From the NCBI RefSeq assembly GCF_009914755.1, contig NC_060931.1: 64,000 nt of DNA. One strand, given 5' to 3'. Positions 55,198 to 64,000 of this stretch are shown one piece after another (within the stretch, counting starts at the first letter, position 1; every line of letters starts with the position of its first letter). The position numbers and the translations under genes were made by a program. Below the pieces are notes generated by a model that saw only the letters and a program-made list of their open reading frames with translations, did not search any database and was not told the origin of the DNA. The DNA is from the human T2T-CHM13v2.0 reference genome, Homo sapiens.

Positions 55198-57309
55198 TGA
55201 TGTTTAGTATTCTTCAGGTTATATTTTAGTAAATAATATCAACATATATTCCAACATTGTATGGGATTTTAAAAATTATAATGTCTGAATATATGCTACC
55301 AACTATAATTAAGGATATTATGTTAAGTTATTGAAAACCACAGAAATAACCAAATTTGTCAATCATGTTCTTAACTGTAAATAACCGGGACATTTCGTCA
55401 TTTCACAGACAATTGATGTCTTGTTTTGATCCTCTTCAAAAGATGGTTATAATCAGCTATAGGACTCTGACAGGTGCTCTCAAATGCAAGTATCTGATAA
55501 CTTTGGAGATTATAAACATTGGAATAAAGTAAAAATGTACAGGACTAATGATGAGCTGAAATGTTCATGAATATTAACAAGAGTTAACAAAATGGACTGA
55601 ACTAACAGAAAACTGAAGTAACCTTTTTAGCCTTTTTGCTTAAAACGTTACTGATCCTTGTTTTGTTTTTCAGTCAAGAAAACTTACCTTGAGCTATTTA
55701 CTGCCTTCAATAATTGAGTAAGGTATATTCCTGTAAACAAAATTCGAAGCATGTTTGTTTATCTCTGCCTGGCATCTCCAGAATTTGGAAACTATTTGTG
55801 AGTATTCCTAAATTATGGCAATATACTTATTTGCATCAGTGCAATAAGAATCCATTTTCTTTTGCAACAAGACACAACTGGAGATACTGGTCATTTTACC
55901 AAGGCTTTGACCAGAATGGTGTGCTTCCCTTTAAGGAATCAAGCTTCACTTGCAGAGTCAATAAAAGCCCCTTGGAAAAACTAACCTCATACCTTGTCTA
56001 CCTAGTCCCTGTACAGGGTTCCTAACCTGTGGTGAGTAAAGAATGTCACTTTCTAACAGGCCCAGGAGCCCCATATTCTTGGGACCTCAAGAAGAGAGGA
56101 ATTTACCCAACTCATAGATATTTAAGGGTACAAACCCATGGGTGGGCTCAGGTTTAAAAGGTCTCATCTTAGATTTTTTTGTGGAGCACAGTTCCATCAA
56201 GGCCAATTTAAAAGCCTCTGTGAAGGATTGGTATTCTTGCTGCACTTTACACAAATAATCAGGCCAAGTATAAAACTAAAGTTTATTTTGCAAACAACTA
56301 AGCCTTATCATGATTTGTTTTAGAAAAAATGAGGACTGAACAGAGAGAAATTATGTTTCAAGACATATACACTTGTCAATTAATTCTAATCTCAGTTGTT
56401 TTTAAGTTTTTGTCTACATTATAGATTCACCTTGCTTATTCCTGTAAACCAACCAGTGATCTATGGCTGCAGCTCAGAAGAAACAAAAGGGATAGGGAAT
56501 ATAAATAATCTGGATCAATATTTTAATTCTGAGCAATTATCCTGCAAATCCTACCAGGTGATGGGAATAGATAGGGTGCCCATAACTCAGAGGTTTGTTT
56601 GTTTGGGAGAATAAGACCAAGAAACCTAACCAAAGTCAAGTCCCATGCACCCAAATCTTAACAGGCATAACTATAGCCACCAGTTACTGGGGAGTGTTGA
56701 CAGCCTTGGGATTTTTGAGCTGTCCTTACCCCCACCTTGTTTTGTTTTGATACATGTCCTCTAATAATCCAAACTGTTTCTTCTCACTTAGAGGCCATTG
56801 AACTTCAAATGGTAATGTAAATGGAACCACACATGGCCACACCATTCTTCTGGGGACCCTTAAATTAACCTCAAGAGGAGCCTTGACTGTTATAGTCCCC
56901 CACACGATGCCACTATTTAGCCAGAATTAGCTAGAAAGATCATCACCCAACCTCCCTAACAGCAGCTGGGGTCTCCAGTCCTGAGTGGGGAAATGAGAGC
57001 AGAAAAAGGAAAAAAACACCCAGGTAAGCAGACAGTTAAGGCCAGTCCTCAGTAGAATTCTTTTAAACAGAGAAAAAAACCTGAAAAATCAAGCTGCAGC
57101 TGCACAGATAAGGGAGCAAGGCCCAATATAGAAACAACTTTGTTCTCTGTGTAATTGGTGGGCTCCCAGGGAAAAGTTTCCTCCTCTTCTATGAACATGC
57201 ACACAGTGGGATCCGTGGAAACTTGCATGGTAAGGAGGCTTGCCTGAGACATGCCTGCAGCTGCACCGGTAAGGGCAATTACACAGACAGCTACACAGAT
57301 AGGGGAAGT

Positions 57310-57311
<2 letters not shown>

Positions 57312-57349
<38 letters not shown>
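57312..57349. repeat. T38 homopolymer in the 3' LTR
   Basis: Direct reading. Confidence 0.95.
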
Positions 57350-57353
<4 letters not shown>

Positions 57354-58046
57354 AAAGCACCTGTATTCAACTGAAAAAAAGGCAACCCTCTCAGGTCCCC
57401 CTTCTACTGCAAAGAGCTTTCCTATTTTGCTTATTAAACCTTTGCCCCAGCTTCACCTTTGGTGTCCATGGTCCTTAATTTTCTTGGTCATTAGACAAAG
57501 AGCTCGGGTAATACCTCAGACAACAAGACTGCAACACCTCCATCCCATGTTTATATTTCCTGTCTTCCACAAATGGAACACTAGCACCCCCAAATATCAA
57601 CATACAGGTTTTGTAAGCTATACCAAATTAACTTAAGTTCAATATCTAATTTTTTCCAATATCTTACTTTTTTCCTTAGAATATACACCACTGAGAGTTT
57701 TTTAATTCTTTGTAGGCATTGAATCAATGTAATATATCATTAGATTTATTGGTTTTATTTATATTTATTTTTAGGTTTATCTCCTCATACTTATTTTTTG
57801 GAAATGTAAAATATTAAAATGATTCAACTGTCAAGGCTACATAAAAATGTATACTTAGAGAATAGTCATTCCCTGCTCCATTCCTTGCATTTCATTGGCA
57901 TCTACCCATGAGTAATGTTCTATTTCTTGATCTGGATGTGAGATTACACAGGTATATTTAATTCTTCTTATTCTTAGAGCTGATCACTTATTATTTGTGA
58001 TTTTTTGTATGCTTCACAGTGAAAAAGTTTAAAAATACCAATGAGA

Positions 58047-58610
58047 TGTGTCAGTCAGTATTCAATTAGGGAAGCAGAATCACTTAAGTATTATTGAATG
58101 AGAAATTGTTATAGGACTAAGACCATGCACAATTATAGGATGAGTTAGGGAAGATGGAGGATCAAAGAGCAGTCATTATCCAACCTTCCTAAAGCATGGC
58201 AAGGTGGACAAATTGAGATTGCAGGGAGCCCTGAGAATCCAAGCACATTCAGCTGCTGAAGTGGGGCTACAAAGAGTCTAGAGAAAAACTCCAAAGAAAT
58301 TTAGCTACCATTTCTGTAGGTCCTCAGACAAGTATCTGGTGGTGGCTACTGGGGCTACTGCTAATGGACAGGGCTGGCCACTGGGAAGAGCTGAGCACAG
58401 AGCGAGGGAGAGCAGAATGAGCTGGAATCCACTGGTAACTGTCTGTATGTTGCAACAACAGCTGTCAGAGGGTAATGGCTGTGGCTTCTCTTCTACCTCC
58501 CAAATATCACTCAAATTCTTTTGTCCAACTCTAACCTGAATTTCGACGAGGAAATAATTCTGGGAAAGTAGTTTTAGCTATACCAAACGGACACGGTACA
58601 AACTGCCACT
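58047..58610. mobile_element. Old ERVL-type LTR (LTR41-like?)
   Basis: Begins tgtgtcagtcagtattcaattagggaagcagaatcac; family uncertain. Confidence 0.4.
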
Positions 58611-59776
58611 AGAGAGATGATAACAGTCTTAGGGCAGTGATTGTTGACGTGGAGAAAAGGAGAAAGACTAGGGAGATGTATATGAGTTAGAATTGATCAG
58701 ATTAGTTAATAAATTAGATGCGAATAGTGAGGGAAAGCGAAATCTAAAATGACTCTCAGGCTCTAACTTAGACAGCTGTGTGGGTGATGGTGTCATTGAC
58801 TGAGGCAAAGACTCCAGATGGAGAACGTGGAGATGATGGCTGCAGGGAGATAGGGCATTTAGTTTTGCCCATGTTGATTCTGAGAAGGTGGTGGGGCTTC
58901 CAAGTGAAGATATGCATTAGGACCCAAAGATATTACTATATTTTTTAAATGGGCTTTTGCTTATGATGACGATTTATCCTCATTGTGACTGGATTTATCC
59001 TCCTATCTAAAATAGCCAAAAAACTGAAAAATATAGGAAACAACAGTTTCAAGACATTGGACATCAAGCAGCAAGGGACAGTGATCCCTGAGCAATGGAA
59101 AATAAATCCTATGAATGCTGCAATTGACTGCCTTGGGAAAGCTTCTAGGATACAGCACAGAGAAGAGAAACCCAGGCCAAGCCCTATGGACTCCAGGAAT
59201 TAAATAGATGGAGCTCTGAGCCTTGAGAGATAAAGGCAGTCAGAGTTTGCTAAAGAGAATACTGGAGAGAAGAGAGATGCCCAGAGATAGAGAACTCTGG
59301 AGCTCTGCAGAGGATCATACTCAAATGCTCAGCTAGGCACTGATCAGCACATGCACATGAGGAAACTCTCCAGGGCCAAGGAAAGAACCATCTGAAAGGA
59401 TAAGTGGTAACAATGCATGGTGTTCACACTGGAAATAGTACCTATTTTCACCAGCCAGACTGGAAAACCTCATGATTCATGGGGCACTGGGTAGAGAATA
59501 CAGAAGTGCCTTGCCCTGTTTTCAAGCAGCTTGACTGAATTCCAGAACAAAGCTCAAGAATATCTATGCAAGTATTAAAATATCCAGCTGCCAACAAGAT
59601 AAAATTCACAATGTCTGCAGCCAAAAATTACTAGGTATGAAAGAAGTAGGAAAACACCACCTACAATTAGGAGAAAAGTCAACCAATAGAAACTGACCCA
59701 AAGTGACACAGATGTTAGAATTAGAGGGAAGAACATTTAAAGTCATTATAAGTGCATTCTATATGTTCAAAAAGTA

Positions 59777-60115
59777 GTGGTATAGACTGAATATTTGTAT
59801 CCCCCTCAAATTTGTATGTTGAAATTTTAAATCCAAAGGTGATGGTATTAGGAGGTGGGAATTTTGGGAGGTGATTAGATCATGAGGGCAGAGCCCTCGT
59901 GAACAGAATTTATGCCCTTATAGAAGAGGCCTGAGAGAGGACCCTTGTGCCTTCTGTGATGTAAGGTTACAGCAAGAAGATGGCTGTCTATGAACCAGGG
60001 AATGGGCCCTCACCAGACATGGAATCTGCTGGGGACTTGATCTTGAACTTCCCAGCCTCCAGAACTGTGAGAAATAAATTTCTTTATAAACTACTCTGTC
60101 TCTAGTAGTTTGTTG
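59777..60115 (+). mobile_element. MLT1A-like MaLR LTR
   Basis: gactgaatatttgtatccccctcaaa...ttcccagcctccagaactgtgagaaataaatttct. Confidence 0.82.
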
Positions 60116-61011
60116 TAGAAATCAAGCAGTTTCATTGAAGCTTTAAAAAAATAGTATATAATAGGGGAAAAAACCAAACTATTTTCTTCTACTATACTCT
60201 CAACACTCCACATAAAACACTTCTGGTTAGGAAAATGCGGGGCTGTTTTTCCCCATAAAGCATTCTCCAATTTTCTACAAACACCAGCTAGGTGTTCTAC
60301 AATTCAACTAATCTGACTCTATTTAAGTGGAGTTAGAATGAGATGCCACAGGTTAAGGGCTTAGTCACACGTCTGACCTCACTTCAGTTGCCGATTTTAA
60401 GTGCAAACTTCCAGTACTTCTGACAGGCTGGCTATAAATTGGGAGTTCCTATGACCTCCTTCTCATATTTGGTCTTTTGCTAGAATGGCTCACAAAACTC
60501 AGGGAAGTACTTACTTAAACTTACCACTTTATTTTAAGGGACATTACAAGGGATGTGGATAAACAGCCAGATGAAGAGGTACATGGAGCAAGGTACATGG
60601 GAATTGGCATGGGGTTTCCATGCCTTCTCCAGGCATACCACCTTTCCAGCACCTTCACATGTTCAGCAATCTGAAAACTCTTTGAAGGCCATCCTTTTGG
60701 GGTTTTATGCAGGTATATTTAAAGAGGCTTCACTGTTAAATCATTGGTCAATAGTAATCTATTCAACCTTCAGTCCCTCTCCCCTCCCTGGAGGTAGGGG
60801 GATTGGGCTAAAATTTCCAACCCTTTAATCACAGTTGATTCTCCTGGCAACTATCCCTGATCCTGAGGCTACCCAGGACCCCCCAGCCATCAGTCCTCTT
60901 ACTACCATATTCACCAGACACTCATCACTTCAGAGATCCCAAGGATTTCAGGAGCTGTGTGCCAGGAAATGGAGGCAGAAACCAAATATGTATTTTTTTT
61001 TATTACGTCAC
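60115..61011. mobile_element. MER21-like LTR, apparently nested at the MLT1A 3' end
   Basis: caccagctaggtgttctacaattcaa, tttgctagaatggctcacaaaactcaggg and caaatatgtatttt..tcaca motifs. Confidence 0.7.
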
Positions 61012-61416
61012 AAAGACTAAAAGTGAATGAAAGAGATGAAAACTACAATGGTGAGTAAAAAAGACACTGTTTGATTAACAAAAGATTAGACATTGTAGAA
61101 GAATCATTAGCTTGAAACCATAGCAACAGAACTATTCAAAGTGAAATACCTACTTTTAAAAGAGAATTTTAAAAGAAAGAAAAAAGAACACAGCATAGTG
61201 AGCAGAAAAGAATTTCTGAAAGTTGGGGTGTAGGGCAGAAAAATATCTGAAAAAATAATGCTCCCCAAATTCCAAATTTTAGACCAACTCTACACCCACA
61301 TATTCAAGAAGCTTAATGAAACCTGGGCACAAGAGATGTGAAGAAAATAACACCAAATTACATTACAGTCAAATTACTCAAAACCAGTAATAAAGCAAAT
61401 CTTAAAAGCAGCCAAG

Positions 61417-61718
<302 letters not shown>

Positions 61719-61811
61719 AAAAGCAGCCAAAGGGGGGAAAATGCTATGTACGGAAGAACCAAAATAATGACAAATATTTTATTGGAAACAATGCAAGCAA
61801 GAAAACAGTAG

Positions 61812-62139
<328 letters not shown>

Positions 62140-62268
62140 ACACCCTTTCAAAACAAATGTGAAATAAAAGCATGTTAGACATAATAAAGTTGAAAGAATT
62201 CACCACCAGGAGACTCACAGTGAGACAAATGTTAAATAAGTTCTTTAGGCAGAATAAAAATGATACCA

Positions 62269-62553
62269 GGCCAGGCACGGTGGCTCATGCCTGTAATCGC
62301 AGCATTTTGGGAGGCTGAGGCAGGTGGATCACGAGGTCAGGAGATCAAGACCATCCTTGCCAACATGGTGAAACCCCGTCTCTACTAAAAATACAAAAAC
62401 AAGCTGGGCGTGATGGTGTGTGCCTGTAGTCCCAGCTACTCAGGAGGCTGAGCCAGGAGAATCTCTTGAAAGGAGGTGGAGGTTGCAGTGAGCCGAGATT
62501 GCACCACTGCACTACAGCCTGGGTGACAGAGCAAGACTCCCTCTCAAAAAAAA
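62269..62553 (+). mobile_element. AluSc-like
   Basis: Full dimer; TSD gatacca. Confidence 0.9.
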
Positions 62554-63441
62554 GATACCAGGTGGAAATGTGAATCTATAAAAGAAATACAGAGCATCAG
62601 AAATGGTAACTATGTGGGTACATCTATATACTTTTTCTTAAACTTTAGATCTGTTGAAAGATAACCAACTGTTTAAGCAAAAATAATAACAATGTAGTGT
62701 AATATTTGTAGCACATATCAAAGTATAATACACAACAACAATAACACAAAGTTTGGGAGGGGAGAAATTGAAGTATAACATTGTGAAGTTCCCAAACGTG
62801 CAATGGTATCATATCACTGGAAGATAGTCTGAGATAAGTTAAAGGTGTATAGTATAAACCATAAAACAATACTAAAATAACACAACAAAAAGTTGTAGCT
62901 AATAAGATAACAAAGGAGGGAACGTGAAATCATTTAAAAATAATAAATATAAAAGAAGGTAGAAATGAGGAAAAGCGGAATTAAAAAACACATGAAACAC
63001 ACAGAAAGTACAAAGATAATATATTTAAATTTAACTATGTCATAAATCTCATTAAATGTAAATGGTTTAAACTCATATAAATGACAGAGATTGTCAGATT
63101 TGATTTTAAAAAATCAAACATCTACATGCTGCTCCAAAGAAATACACTTTTAATATAAAAACATAAACTAAAATATATAGCATGCTAACAGTAATCAAAA
63201 GAAAGCTGGATTATCTACATTAGCATTACAAAAATTGGTTTTTAGACGAACAAATATTACCATAGATGAAGATAGTAATTCCATACTGATAAGGGGTCAA
63301 TTGATCAAGAGAACATAACAATCCTAAAAGTTGATGCCCCTTATTAACAGAGATTCTAAACACATGCAGTAAAAAAGTTTCTGTATTAATTTGATTAGGA
63401 TAATGGCCTCCAGCTGCATCCATGTTGCTGCAAAGGACTAG

Positions 63442-64000
<559 letters not shown>

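Overview
Human (primate) genomic DNA; a human-specific AluYb8 is present. It holds the 5' half of a minus-strand DUF3669-KRAB zinc-finger gene that I recognise as ZNF746 (PARIS): CpG-island promoter at ~18.9-20.0 kb, coding exons 1-4 at 19400-14724, and a >14 kb intron 4 running off the left edge, so the zinc-finger exons are outside the window. About 44 kb of upstream, transposon-saturated intergenic DNA follows. It contains nested L1s, ~25 Alus, MaLR/ERV1 LTRs, a two-LTR MER66-like provirus with a tRNA-Gly-like PBS, and MER/Tigger DNA-transposon fossils. I see no other protein-coding gene, RNA gene or CRISPR array. Best leads: (1) the DUF3669 exon resembles the LINE ORF1p coiled-coil/RRM junction, including an L1 ORF1 fossil in this window; (2) an in-frame uORF ends in a UGA-CGG readthrough-type context; (3) several splice options remove or break the KRAB box; (4) an old L1PB carries an apparent 3' transduction, and a THE1 LTR later inserted into its TSD. 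Repeat subfamily names come from my memory of consensus sequences, not from a search, and the boundaries of old repeats are approximate.
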